Assembly (NCBI GenBank): GCA_900316875.1 | Contig: ONEP01000091.1 | Location: forward strand, 1 to 61,267 | Reading direction: 5' to 3' | DNA: 61,267 nucleotides | From: Candidatus Ruminimicrobium bovinum | GTDB taxonomy: Bacteria; Elusimicrobiota; Endomicrobiia; Endomicrobiales; Endomicrobiaceae | In this document: in pieces, positions 46,171 through 55,108 of the stretch | Position numbering within the stretch: position 1 is the stretch's first letter | Layout: the number at the start of each line of letters is the position of its first letter | The notes under the pieces: model-generated | The model's input: only the letters and a program-made list of their open reading frames with translations | Databases searched by the model: none | What the model was told of the DNA's origin: nothing | Position numbers and translations under genes: made by a program

Positions 46171-48660
46171 TTAAGAATATATATATAAGAAATCTTTTAA
46201 GAAATGAATTACCTGTTTGCCTGTGTAAAAAGCAACATATTTATTTTTCCAAACAGGGTTAAATTTAGCTTTAAATTCTTTCAGCATGTTCATATCGTAT
46301 TTAAAATGTTCGGCAAAGACAAAAATTTTAACTTTCTTTGTAAAATCGTCATCTATTATTATTTTGTTGTCGGGCGTTAAGCCCATGTTAAACCATCTGT
46401 AACCGTTATCTTTTGCCCATATTACAGCACTAAATAAAATAAATTTGAAAATATCTTGCGGGCAATCAGTTCCGTACCTGATGTTTGAAACAAATGCTTC
46501 ATATTTATTTTTGCTTAACAACAAATATGCATAAGCGGAAATAAAATTATCTTTTTTGACTATTATATATTTGTTTGCTATATCTGCAGATACATCAAAC
46601 ATTTTATTTTTAACATTACCGAACTCTTTTTCCCACTGGTAATCCACAAAACCGATATATTTTTTATTTTTTACAAATTCTTCTTTCTCAATAACTTCAA
46701 AAGAATAATTTTCTTTTTTTATTTTTTCCGATAAAATTTTGATATCGGTAAGTGTTTCGGATTGCGGATTAAACTTATTTAACAAAATATTTGCATCCAC
46801 ACCGAATGAAGCAATATCAAGCCCTATATCATCATAAACTTTTAAATTTTTATATCCCAAATAAACAAAAGCAGGAACTATTCTTTTTAAATCCGTCATC
46901 TCTTTAAAATTCCATATAAGTTCACGGTTTGCTTTATTTATTCCTATCGGGTCACCGAAAACTATTGCACTGTTGTTTATTTGCGAATACATAAGAAAAG
47001 AATCATCGTTCATACTAAAAATTTTTTTATTATCAAAACCGTAACTGCCGTAAATATAATTCGATGAAGCGGTAAGTTTTTTTATGTCGTCAATTTCAAC
47101 CGATGTTTGTTTATATCTGTATCTTTTCCATGCTTCCGATATTATAACAAGTGCAATTGTTATAAGCATACCTATACAAATTCTTACGGCTCTTGAAGCA
47201 TCTGTTGCGGAAAATATTCCCGTCCAAAAATTTGTCCAACCGTAAATATCGGTTCTGTAAATAAAAAGGCATAACCATATTGAAGTTACGAATACACCGG
47301 TTATTGACCAAAACCACAACATATTAATTTTTACCGACAACAAACTTAACGGTCTGTAAAAATATTTTTTTGCCGGAATTATGAGTGCAAGCATAACTAT
47401 AAGAAACAAAATTTTTTCATATCCGTATCCGTTTATTAAAGCCAACGGAAAAAGCAAAGCCAACAAAGTAACGGCAAAAGTGTAAGCCCTTTTTATTCTC
47501 GAGAGCAATCCTTTTGAAATAAACAAAAGCATTATTCCTATAACACTTATTAAAAAATGAAGGGAATCCAAAATTATTGAAGGAATATATGCAACAAGTG
47601 TTTTTATTATTGAAGATGATACAGTTGTCACACCGGAAAATAAAATTATTGTTCCGCTGAAAAATATACTTACCGATAATGCCTGCGGTATAATGGAAGC
47701 CATTCTTCCGCCGTAAAACCTTGCAAGAACTTTAAACCTTTTTTTTGCTCTGAAAAATTCGTGGCTTGCAAGAAGAAGTAATGCTATTGAAAGAGGGAAA
47801 AAATAAAAAATTGCTCTGTATGCAAGAAGTGCACCCATAACATAAGAACTTTCCGTAGCTTGCGGTAACAACATAACAATGGCAGTTTCAAAAACACCCA
47901 TACCGCCGGGAACCTGACTTAATATACCGAGCATTTGTGCAACAAGAAAAATTTGCAATAATGTAATGTAAGGAATTTCGCCCGGAGGAAGTAAAATATA
48001 TAATGTGCAGGAAGCAATAATCCAGTCCGAACATGCAAGTAATATTTGCCATAAAGTTATTTTAATGTTTGGAAATGTTATAGTCCATTTGTTAAATAAT
48101 TTTATCGGATGAGATTTGAACAAACTAAGTAATACATATAAACAAATTATTGTTGAAAAAAATATTCCCAAAGGTAATGATGTATTAAAAAAGAAATTCG
48201 TATTTGAAAAATCTACAGGGAAAAAAGTAAAAACAAAACCGCCTATTATTAATAACCCGAACCATATTGTTGCCGACGAAAAAAATAAAACTTTTGTTAC
48301 ATTCATCATAGACACGTTGTATAACGAATATAACCTGTATCTTATTGAACCGCCGAACAACATTGAATAACCGGTATTGTTTCCCAAAGCATTACTTATA
48401 AAACAGGTAAATAGTACATTTTTAAATTTTAAAGGAACATTAATATATTTGAATGCAACTACATCATAACCGCCCAAAATTAAATAATACAATAAAGATA
48501 ATATTAATGCCATTGTAATTTTAACGGAAGGAATTGCTTTTAATGTATCAAGTATTTGTTGGTAACTGTAGTTTTTCATCTCGTGGCTTAACAAAACAAT
48601 AGCCACAATAAATATAATAACTCCCAAAGGTGCTATAAGAATTTTTAAAAACTTATTCAT
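46171..48660 (-). CDS. mprF: Bifunctional lysylphosphatidylglycerol flippase/synthetase MprF-like protein
   Basis: An N-terminal TM domain of about 500 aa. The C-terminal DUF2156-type domain has VFGDPIG, FVYLGYKNLKVYDDIGL, RWFNMGLTP and KAKFNPVWKNKYVAF. Confidence 0.8.
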   Translation of the reverse strand: MNKFLKILIAPLGVIIFIVAIVLLSHEMKNYSYQQILDTLKAIPSVKITMALILSLLYYLILGGYDVVAFKYINVPLKFKNVLFTCFISNALGNNTGYSMLFGGSIRYRLYSLYNVSMMNVTKVLFFSSATIWFGLLIIGGFVFTFFPVDFSNTNFFFNTSLPLGIFFSTIICLYVLLSLFKSHPIKLFNKWTITFPNIKITLWQILLACSDWIIASCTLYILLPPGEIPYITLLQIFLVAQMLGILSQVPGGMGVFETAIVMLLPQATESSYVMGALLAYRAIFYFFPLSIALLLLASHEFFRAKKRFKVLARFYGGRMASIIPQALSVSIFFSGTIILFSGVTTVSSSIIKTLVAYIPSIILDSLHFLISVIGIMLLFISKGLLSRIKRAYTFAVTLLALLFPLALINGYGYEKILFLIVMLALIIPAKKYFYRPLSLLSVKINMLWFWSITGVFVTSIWLCLFIYRTDIYGWTNFWTGIFSATDASRAVRICIGMLITIALVIISEAWKRYRYKQTSVEIDDIKKLTASSNYIYGSYGFDNKKIFSMNDDSFLMYSQINNSAIVFGDPIGINKANRELIWNFKEMTDLKRIVPAFVYLGYKNLKVYDDIGLDIASFGVDANILLNKFNPQSETLTDIKILSEKIKKENYSFEVIEKEEFVKNKKYIGFVDYQWEKEFGNVKNKMFDVSADIANKYIIVKKDNFISAYAYLLLSKNKYEAFVSNIRYGTDCPQDIFKFILFSAVIWAKDNGYRWFNMGLTPDNKIIIDDDFTKKVKIFVFAEHFKYDMNMLKEFKAKFNPVWKNKYVAFYTGKQVIHFLKDFLYIYS

Positions 48661-48663
48661 TAT

Positions 48664-49131
48664 CTAATATAAAATTTTATCTTTTTTATTATTCCATGCA
48701 ATAAAAGCATGTTCGGCATTACCGGTTTTTATCGGAATTAAATTAACCGATTTTATTTTTGTTTTTAACTCTTTATAAATTTTATTATCCTGAAACTTAT
48801 ATTTTTCCGCAATTTCTTTTGTGCCTGCATAATATACCGTTTTTATATTTGCCCAATAAATTGCAGCCAAACACATAGGACACGGCTGGCAGGAACAATA
48901 AATTTCACTGCCTGCCAAGTCAAATGTTTTTAATTTTTTTGCAGCTTTTCTTATGGCATCAATTTCCGCATGCAAAGTCGGGTCGCATTTTGAAGTGACT
49001 TTATTATAGCCGTAAGATACTATTCTGTTATCTTTAACTATCAAAGCGGCAAACGGACCACCGTTTTTTTTCGTTACATTTACAACAGCTAAATTTATAA
49101 CTTTGTTTATAAATTTATTAATGTCTCTCAT
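48664..49131 (-). CDS. CMP/dCMP-type zinc deaminase, guanine deaminase (GuaD)-like / nucleoside deaminase
   Basis: HAEIDAIRKA and CQPCPMCLAAIYWA zinc motifs. Overall resemblance to Bacillus GuaD, including the C-terminal AFIAW...Y. The start was set at ATG 49131, overlapping the mscL stop as TAATG. Confidence 0.8.
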   Translation of the reverse strand: MRDINKFINKVINLAVVNVTKKNGGPFAALIVKDNRIVSYGYNKVTSKCDPTLHAEIDAIRKAAKKLKTFDLAGSEIYCSCQPCPMCLAAIYWANIKTVYYAGTKEIAEKYKFQDNKIYKELKTKIKSVNLIPIKTGNAEHAFIAWNNKKDKILY

Positions 49132-49592
49132 TATTTTAAATCTGATGTACAATTAGGACATTTTGTTGCTTTTATATTAATTGTAGAAAAGCAATGAGGA
49201 CATTCCTTTGTTGTAGGTTCTGAAGGAGCCGGTGCCGGTTCTTCTTTCATTTTGTTTATAACTTTTAAAATTGAGAATATTGCCAAAGCAACTATTAAAA
49301 ATGAAATTATGCTGTTAATAAAAAAACCTATATTTATTGTTACGGCACCTGCTGCTTTTGCAGCTTCCAAAGATACATAAGGAGCTGCGGTTTCCGCACC
49401 GTCTTTTAAAACTACAAACCAGTTTGTAAAATCAATGTTGCCTAAAAGAATTCCCAAAGGCGGCATTATAATATCGGCAACCAAAGAATTTACAATTTTT
49501 GTAAATGCGGCACCGATTATAATACCTACTGCCATGTCCATTACATTTCCTCTTGCGATAAACTTCTTAAATTCATTAAAAAAACTTTTCAT
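49131..49592 (-). CDS. mscL: Large-conductance mechanosensitive channel MscL with a C-terminal CxxC...CxxC zinc-ribbon tail
   Basis: [40 protein letters not shown] is canonical MscL. The tail is [25 protein letters not shown]. Confidence 0.9.
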   Translation of the reverse strand: MKSFFNEFKKFIARGNVMDMAVGIIIGAAFTKIVNSLVADIIMPPLGILLGNIDFTNWFVVLKDGAETAAPYVSLEAAKAAGAVTINIGFFINSIISFLIVALAIFSILKVINKMKEEPAPAPSEPTTKECPHCFSTINIKATKCPNCTSDLK

Positions 49593-49665
49593 CTTTTTCT
49601 GTCTCCTTTTTATAATTTACTTCATAAATTTATTTTATGTTATACTAAAAATCTTATTACAATTT

Positions 49666-51459
49666 TTAAGGCATTTTTTTGAGTATATCAAAAGTTTTAT
49701 TATAAAATTTATTATAATCTTGTTTTGTTAAATTATCCGATTGTTTTGCATATAAAAACATTGTACATTCTTCCAATATACCGTCTACTTCGGTTATTAA
49801 ATTATCGTCAATATTTTTATCTTTTAAACCCATTCCTATTTTATATGAAGTTAAACCTTCCGCCGACTGTCCCAAGACGGATGCAAAATATTCAAGTAAT
49901 CCTTTATACATATTTTCGTAAAAATCTTTTGTGTTTTTTGCTTTCTTGGCTTTTTGAAAATATTTTTTTGACTTTCTGTATGCTTTTTTATTTTTTAACT
50001 TTTGTTGGTCTTTATTCAAATATGCCCTATATCTTAATAATAATTTTATTATTAAATACAATAATACAAGTAACCCTACAATTTTCCAAAACATTGCACT
50101 TGTAACAATTGCATAAATTTTAAACAAAAATGATAAATCCATATTTTGCGGCAATTGATTTTGTTTTGTGCTATCCGCTTCTATTGTTTGTTCCGCAACA
50201 GGTTGTTGAATTTTTCTGTCTTTGTTTTCATCAATTTGAACCTGTATTTGTTTCTGCGGTAAACTTTTTGTTATTTTTGTTTCCAAATCAAAATACTTCA
50301 TCGGAAGTATTTTGATTGTGCCCTCTCCTTGTTCCAAAGGCATAATTAATGTTGTAAACTGTTTACCTGTTTCTTTTTCACCGTCTTTAATTATCTGTTC
50401 GGAAGTTTCATATTTTTTTAAATTTTCAGATAACATTATTTCCGGTTCTTTAATTGTTTTTATATTTCCGTTTCCGGTTATTTTTATGATTAAATCAAAA
50501 GGTTCGTCAACTTTTTTTTGTTTTTTATCTACAAATGCACTTATATTATATTTACCTATCATATCAACATCGGCAGGAGTTTGTAACACTTTAATTTTTA
50601 TTTCATCGGTAGCAAGGTCAACGGCTCTTGCACTTCTGAAAAAACTTGCAAAAAAATCGTCGTGCATTTTTGAAAAATCTTCAATCGATACCTGCAACAT
50701 TGCTTTATCTATTGTAAGTGTTCCGGGTTTTTGCGGAAACAATTCGGTTGAAACTTCGGTTACAACATATTCTCTGCCTTTTATATATGTTCTGTAATTT
50801 TTTTGCGAAGTTTCACCTATAAAAAAACCGCTGAAATCGGGTCCCCTGTATGCAGGGTTTGATAAAATATTTACCGATGTATAAAAATAAAATGTATAAA
50901 TTATTTTTTCGTTCACATAAGCCGTTTTCTTATCGGTGGTTGCCTGCACAAAAACAGCTTTTGTTGTATCCAAATTATAAACAGGTTGTTTATTATTTTG
51001 TACCAGGTTACCGTTTGTCGACGAACTTGCATTACCGGCTGATGTTTGGCTTGCAGGAACCGAACTTACCGTTTTTGCTTTTTCAACCGTTATTTTAATT
51101 TCTTTTGTTTCATAACGTTCTCCCTGATAATTCAAAGTAAAAGGCGGAATATAAAATTCTCCCATTTTTTTAGGGCTTAATGTATAAACATAATATACCG
51201 TATTTTTTACTTTACCGTTGATTATGGAAATATTTTTAGATTGTGAAGTTGAGTAAATATTAAAATCATTTAATTGCGGAATTGTAAAATCAGGTAAAGA
51301 TTTTGAATCGGTGGTAAAAGATACGGTTAATTGAAAAGTTTCATTTAAAGCTACGGTTGTTTTTGATACGGAAGAATCCATTTGCAAATTATCCGCAAAT
51401 GCAAACACGAATATAAAAATACAAACTAAACATGAAAAAAATAATTTTTTTAATTTCAT
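49666..51459 (-). CDS. batD: BatD-like oxygen-tolerance protein
   Basis: Signal peptide from ATG 51459 (MKLKKLFFSCLVCIFIFVFAFA), Ig-like repeats, a TM helix near aa 450 and a cytoplasmic tail. Last position in the Bat gene order. Confidence 0.7.
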   Translation of the reverse strand: MKLKKLFFSCLVCIFIFVFAFADNLQMDSSVSKTTVALNETFQLTVSFTTDSKSLPDFTIPQLNDFNIYSTSQSKNISIINGKVKNTVYYVYTLSPKKMGEFYIPPFTLNYQGERYETKEIKITVEKAKTVSSVPASQTSAGNASSSTNGNLVQNNKQPVYNLDTTKAVFVQATTDKKTAYVNEKIIYTFYFYTSVNILSNPAYRGPDFSGFFIGETSQKNYRTYIKGREYVVTEVSTELFPQKPGTLTIDKAMLQVSIEDFSKMHDDFFASFFRSARAVDLATDEIKIKVLQTPADVDMIGKYNISAFVDKKQKKVDEPFDLIIKITGNGNIKTIKEPEIMLSENLKKYETSEQIIKDGEKETGKQFTTLIMPLEQGEGTIKILPMKYFDLETKITKSLPQKQIQVQIDENKDRKIQQPVAEQTIEADSTKQNQLPQNMDLSFLFKIYAIVTSAMFWKIVGLLVLLYLIIKLLLRYRAYLNKDQQKLKNKKAYRKSKKYFQKAKKAKNTKDFYENMYKGLLEYFASVLGQSAEGLTSYKIGMGLKDKNIDDNLITEVDGILEECTMFLYAKQSDNLTKQDYNKFYNKTFDILKKMP

Positions 51460-51464
51460 ACAGT

Positions 51465-52271
51465 TCACCAATTTTTTCCTTTTTTATTGGCTTTAACGGG
51501 AACATAATCCTTTGCTTTGCCTTGGTTTTGTTTATCCTGTTTATCAAAATAGTCTAACAAATGTTGGTTTTTATTTTGCTTTTGTTTGTCATTATTGTTT
51601 TGCTTATCCTGCCCGTTATCCTTATTATCTTTGTTTTGATTTTTGTCATTATCATTTTTATCGTTACCGTTTTTATCTTTATCCTGTTGATTTTTATCAT
51701 CATTGTTTTTGTCATCTTTATCTTGTTTATCATTATTTTGATTATCTTTGTTTTTATCTTTGTTGTCTTTATTATTCTGCTGATTTTGTTGGTTTTGCTG
51801 ATTGTTTTTGTCGTTTTTGTTATCTTTATTATCCTTATTATTTTGTTGCTGCTGTTTACTTTGGTCACTCTGTAAAAATTCAACATTATGTTTTGCGGCA
51901 ATATCGGAACTGTTAAGTTTTAAAGCTTCCTTATAATACTGCATTGCTTTATCGTTATCCTGCTTTCTGTAACAACAGTTGCCCATATTATATAAAACGG
52001 TACTTTTAAACTTTATATCTTTTGAATTTTTTAAAGCAGTATCATAACATTCCAAAGCTTTATCATAATCGCCTATTCTGTAATAAGAAGAAGCCAAGTT
52101 ATAATTAATAATCGGGTCATCGGGGTTTTCTTTTTGAGCTTGCTGAAATTTTTCAACGGCTTCGTTAAATTTTTGTTTTTGATAAAGTTTTGAACCTTTA
52201 TACAGTGTTTCATCCGCATAAGAAACGGTTACAAACAATAACATAAATAATATAAATAATATCTGTTTCAT
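51465..52271 (-). CDS. batC: TPR protein BatC-like with a roughly 100-aa N/K/D/Q low-complexity tail
   Basis: Signal/TM segment, then TPR repeats (YNLASSYYRIGDYDKALECY; LYNMGNCCYRKQDNDKAMQYYKEALKLN), then the low-complexity tail. Confidence 0.7.
   Translation of the reverse strand: MKQILFILFMLLFVTVSYADETLYKGSKLYQKQKFNEAVEKFQQAQKENPDDPIINYNLASSYYRIGDYDKALECYDTALKNSKDIKFKSTVLYNMGNCCYRKQDNDKAMQYYKEALKLNSSDIAAKHNVEFLQSDQSKQQQQNNKDNKDNKNDKNNQQNQQNQQNNKDNKDKNKDNQNNDKQDKDDKNNDDKNQQDKDKNGNDKNDNDKNQNKDNKDNGQDKQNNNDKQKQNKNQHLLDYFDKQDKQNQGKAKDYVPVKANKKGKNW
51564..51863. repeat. Low-complexity coding DNA (the N/K/D/Q tail of the BatC-like protein), open in several frames
   Basis: aa 137-236 of the protein are almost entirely N, K, D and Q with rare G. 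Three extra track ORFs (51512-51916, 51554-51901, 51561-51875) come from the same DNA. Confidence 0.85.
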
Positions 52272-52274
52272 TTT

Positions 52275-53261
52275 TTATTTGTCCTTACTTCTTACCGGAA
52301 TAAATAAAAATATTAAAAGGAAAATTATTCCGATTGTTAACGGATAATAAAACCTGTCTTCCAAATTATTGAAAATATTTGATGTGCCTTCCGTTTTATC
52401 AAGTTTATTAAGTTTGCCGACCAAACCGGTTAATGTAGGATTTTGGTTTAAATTATAATATTTTCCGCCGGTTGCCGTTGCAATGTTTTCCAATGTTGCA
52501 GAATCAAGTTTTGTAATAACGGTTTTACCTTTTTCATCTTTTAAATATTCTTTAAATTGTCCGTTTTCATAAGTAGGTATCGGTTCACCTTTATCTGTTC
52601 CTATACCTATTGTAAAAATTTTAGTTTGGCTTTCTGTTGCAAAATCAATTGCTTCTTTAATGTTACCTTCCAAATCTTCACCGTCGGTAATAATTATTAC
52701 CGCTTTTGTGTTTGAAGGAATTTTTTCCAAACTTTTACATGCCAAATTTATTGCCGCGGCGATATCGGTTCCGGCAAAAGGAACGGTATCGGTATCAAGC
52801 AAAGATAAAAACATTTCAAATACTTTCATATCCGAAGTTAACGGACATTGCCAATATGCTTTACCGGCAAAAGCAATTAAACCTATTCTTTGCCCTTTCA
52901 AATGTTCGGTTAAATCCTTAAATACCATCTTTGCACGTGTTAATCTGTCGGGCTTTAAATCCTGTGCTAACATACTGTTTGAAACATCTATTGCTATAAC
53001 AATATCACTTGATAAACTTTTTGCCTCAACCTGCTTTAAACCCCATTTAGGACGGGCTATTGCAAATGCAATAAAAATTAAAGCCAAAAAGAAACAAATA
53101 TTTTTAAGTAAATTTCTTTTAAAGTTTATATTTATTAAAGAAAAATTACTTGTAAAATTACAGATTGTTTTTGATGATAATTTATATGTAATAACATAAA
53201 TTATCAATAAAATAAATATTACGGCAAATAATCCTAAAAGCCATGAAAAATGTTCAAACAT
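52275..53261 (-). CDS. batB: VWA domain membrane protein, BatB-like
   Basis: Two N-terminal TM helices, MIDAS motif DIVIAIDVSNSM, a VWA core and a C-terminal TM helix. Confidence 0.8.
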   Translation of the reverse strand: MFEHFSWLLGLFAVIFILLIIYVITYKLSSKTICNFTSNFSLININFKRNLLKNICFFLALIFIAFAIARPKWGLKQVEAKSLSSDIVIAIDVSNSMLAQDLKPDRLTRAKMVFKDLTEHLKGQRIGLIAFAGKAYWQCPLTSDMKVFEMFLSLLDTDTVPFAGTDIAAAINLACKSLEKIPSNTKAVIIITDGEDLEGNIKEAIDFATESQTKIFTIGIGTDKGEPIPTYENGQFKEYLKDEKGKTVITKLDSATLENIATATGGKYYNLNQNPTLTGLVGKLNKLDKTEGTSNIFNNLEDRFYYPLTIGIIFLLIFLFIPVRSKDK

Positions 53262-53263
53262 TG

Positions 53264-54247
53264 TTAAGGTAACCTTTTAAAAACAGTTCTTCTTAATAAA
53301 AATCCCAATACCAAAAGCCAAAAACCGGGTATTAAAAATTTTAAATACTGTTCGTTATAATTTACCGACTTTGTCCATTCCTGTTTTGTTTTTTCCAATT
53401 TATCTATGCTGTCAAAAGCATTTTCCAAACCTTTTGAAGTTTTAGCTGCAAAATATTCTCCGTCGGCTTTTTTTGCTATTTCTTTTAATAATATTTCGTT
53501 TAGGTCATCTTGTGCCTGTATTCGCCTTGAACCGAAAAAAGAATCGTTAATTATATAGTAATCTTTAGTGCTTCCGATACCTACGGTATAAACTTTTATA
53601 TTTGTATCTTTTGCAAGTTGTGCGGCAACAAGCGGATCTATTTCACCGGAATTATTATTACCGTCGGTTAATAAAATAATAACTTTGCTTTTTGCTTCTA
53701 TTTTAGACAATCTGTTAACTGCCGTTGCCAATGCACTGCCGATAGCCGTTCCGTCGGCTTTTGTTATATCGGTATCAATGGAATTAACAAAATTTATTAA
53801 AGCATCTTTATCAAGCGTAAGCGGACATTGTGTAAATGCTATGCTGCTGAAAACCACTATACCTATTCTGTCGTTTACTCTTTTTAATATAAAATTTTTG
53901 GCTTGTTGTTTTGCCGAATCTATTCTTGAAATATTAGCCGAAGGGTCTATTGCCTGCATACTTGTTGATGTATCCATAACAAGCATAATATCTATACCTT
54001 CGGCAAAAAAAGTTTCATATTTTGACGAGCTTTGCGGCCTTGCAAGTGCGGCAATGCAAAAGCTTAACCCCAACAAAATAAATAAACTCGGGAGCCACAG
54101 AAATTTTACACGTAAACTCTTTTTGTTGTTAAAATAAGAAACGGAAGAAAATTTAACGGTAGTTTTTTTATAATATTTTTCCTTTAAGAAAAACAAAATA
54201 AAAATTACCGGTATTAAAGCAAGTAAGTAAACATATAAAAATCTCAT
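53264..54247 (-). CDS. batA: VWA domain membrane protein, BatA-like
   Basis: N-terminal TM helices, MIDAS motif DIMLVMDTSTSM, LLTDGNNNSG and a C-terminal TM helix. Confidence 0.8.
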   Translation of the reverse strand: MRFLYVYLLALIPVIFILFFLKEKYYKKTTVKFSSVSYFNNKKSLRVKFLWLPSLFILLGLSFCIAALARPQSSSKYETFFAEGIDIMLVMDTSTSMQAIDPSANISRIDSAKQQAKNFILKRVNDRIGIVVFSSIAFTQCPLTLDKDALINFVNSIDTDITKADGTAIGSALATAVNRLSKIEAKSKVIILLTDGNNNSGEIDPLVAAQLAKDTNIKVYTVGIGSTKDYYIINDSFFGSRRIQAQDDLNEILLKEIAKKADGEYFAAKTSKGLENAFDSIDKLEKTKQEWTKSVNYNEQYLKFLIPGFWLLVLGFLLRRTVFKRLP

Positions 54248-55107
54248 ATTCTTTCCACAAATCCTTTTGCTTTTACAAAATCGTCCTGCATATCTTGTTC
54301 GGACGGAACAACTTTTGCAAATTTAACAAAATCGCATGCTATTAAGTATTGTTTTAAATCTCTGTTAAAATCCGCCGGAGCATAATTTTTTAACAAATGA
54401 TATAATTCCGTTGTAGTTTTTTCCATACCGTCTATTTGATATACCCTTGAAACGTAAAATCTCAAAATATCCGATAGCTTGTCATAATATTCTTTTATTT
54501 GTCCTTTTTCTATAAGATTTTCTTCCTTTAACTTTTCAAGCTGACTTATTGCATATTCTTTCGGCGGTATTGCCATAATAATTTCTTCCCGTGTAGGTTT
54601 TCTGTTTCTTTTTTTGATATAAAGGTATATAAGGTAACCTGTTACTGCAATCAATACAAATATCAATAATAAAACTAAATACCAACTTATACCGTGTCCG
54701 TAAACAAAAATACCTTTAATATCGGCTATATCGGAACTTGGTTTCTGCGGGTCCATAACACTTTTTATTTCTATTGGAAGTGCCGTTGTTTTAATGAATT
54801 TGCTGTCGCCGTTTACAATGTAAGGAATATCAACGGATAATAATTCAACTTTACCCGCTTTAAAACTTGTTAAAACAAAATCAACTGCACCATTCGTACC
54901 CTGTTTTATATCAAGCAATTCAAAATCACCGAAATTTAAACCGGACAATTTTTCTTTATCCAAACTGTCAAGTGTTAAACCGTTTGCTTTTACGGATAAT
55001 ACGGCTCTGTCACCTACGGTTAAATTTTCTTTCGGCTCAAAAGTTTCGTCAAAAGCAAATATGTTTGATACAAAAAACAATAATAATAAAATTAATAATT
55101 TTTTCAT
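54244..55107 (-). CDS. Membrane protein with a BatD-like ectodomain and a DUF4381-like cytoplasmic tail
   Basis: Signal peptide, an Ig-like region, the TM helix WYLVLLLIFVLIAVTGYLIYLYI, and a tail ...LSDILRFYVSRVYQIDGMEKTTTEL...CDFVKFAK typical of the protein between DUF58 and BatA. Confidence 0.6.
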   Translation of the reverse strand: MKKLLILLLLFFVSNIFAFDETFEPKENLTVGDRAVLSVKANGLTLDSLDKEKLSGLNFGDFELLDIKQGTNGAVDFVLTSFKAGKVELLSVDIPYIVNGDSKFIKTTALPIEIKSVMDPQKPSSDIADIKGIFVYGHGISWYLVLLLIFVLIAVTGYLIYLYIKKRNRKPTREEIIMAIPPKEYAISQLEKLKEENLIEKGQIKEYYDKLSDILRFYVSRVYQIDGMEKTTTELYHLLKNYAPADFNRDLKQYLIACDFVKFAKVVPSEQDMQDDFVKAKGFVERI

Positions 55108-55108
55108 T

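Noticed and set aside
51512-51916. Three extra ORFs (134, 115 and 104 aa) in other frames over the BatC tail.
   Set aside because: They are artefacts of the low-complexity tract. Their translations are homopolymer-like (I/F/V/L, or K/T/I runs). Only the BatC frame joins to a TPR domain and a signal peptide.
50312-54137. Antisense ORFs of 150-179 aa within batD, batB and batA (50312-50797, 52660-53199, 53685-54137).
   Set aside because: Each lies opposite a gene with clear family motifs (MIDAS, VWA, Bat order). They have hydrophobic low-complexity translations and no independent start signals.
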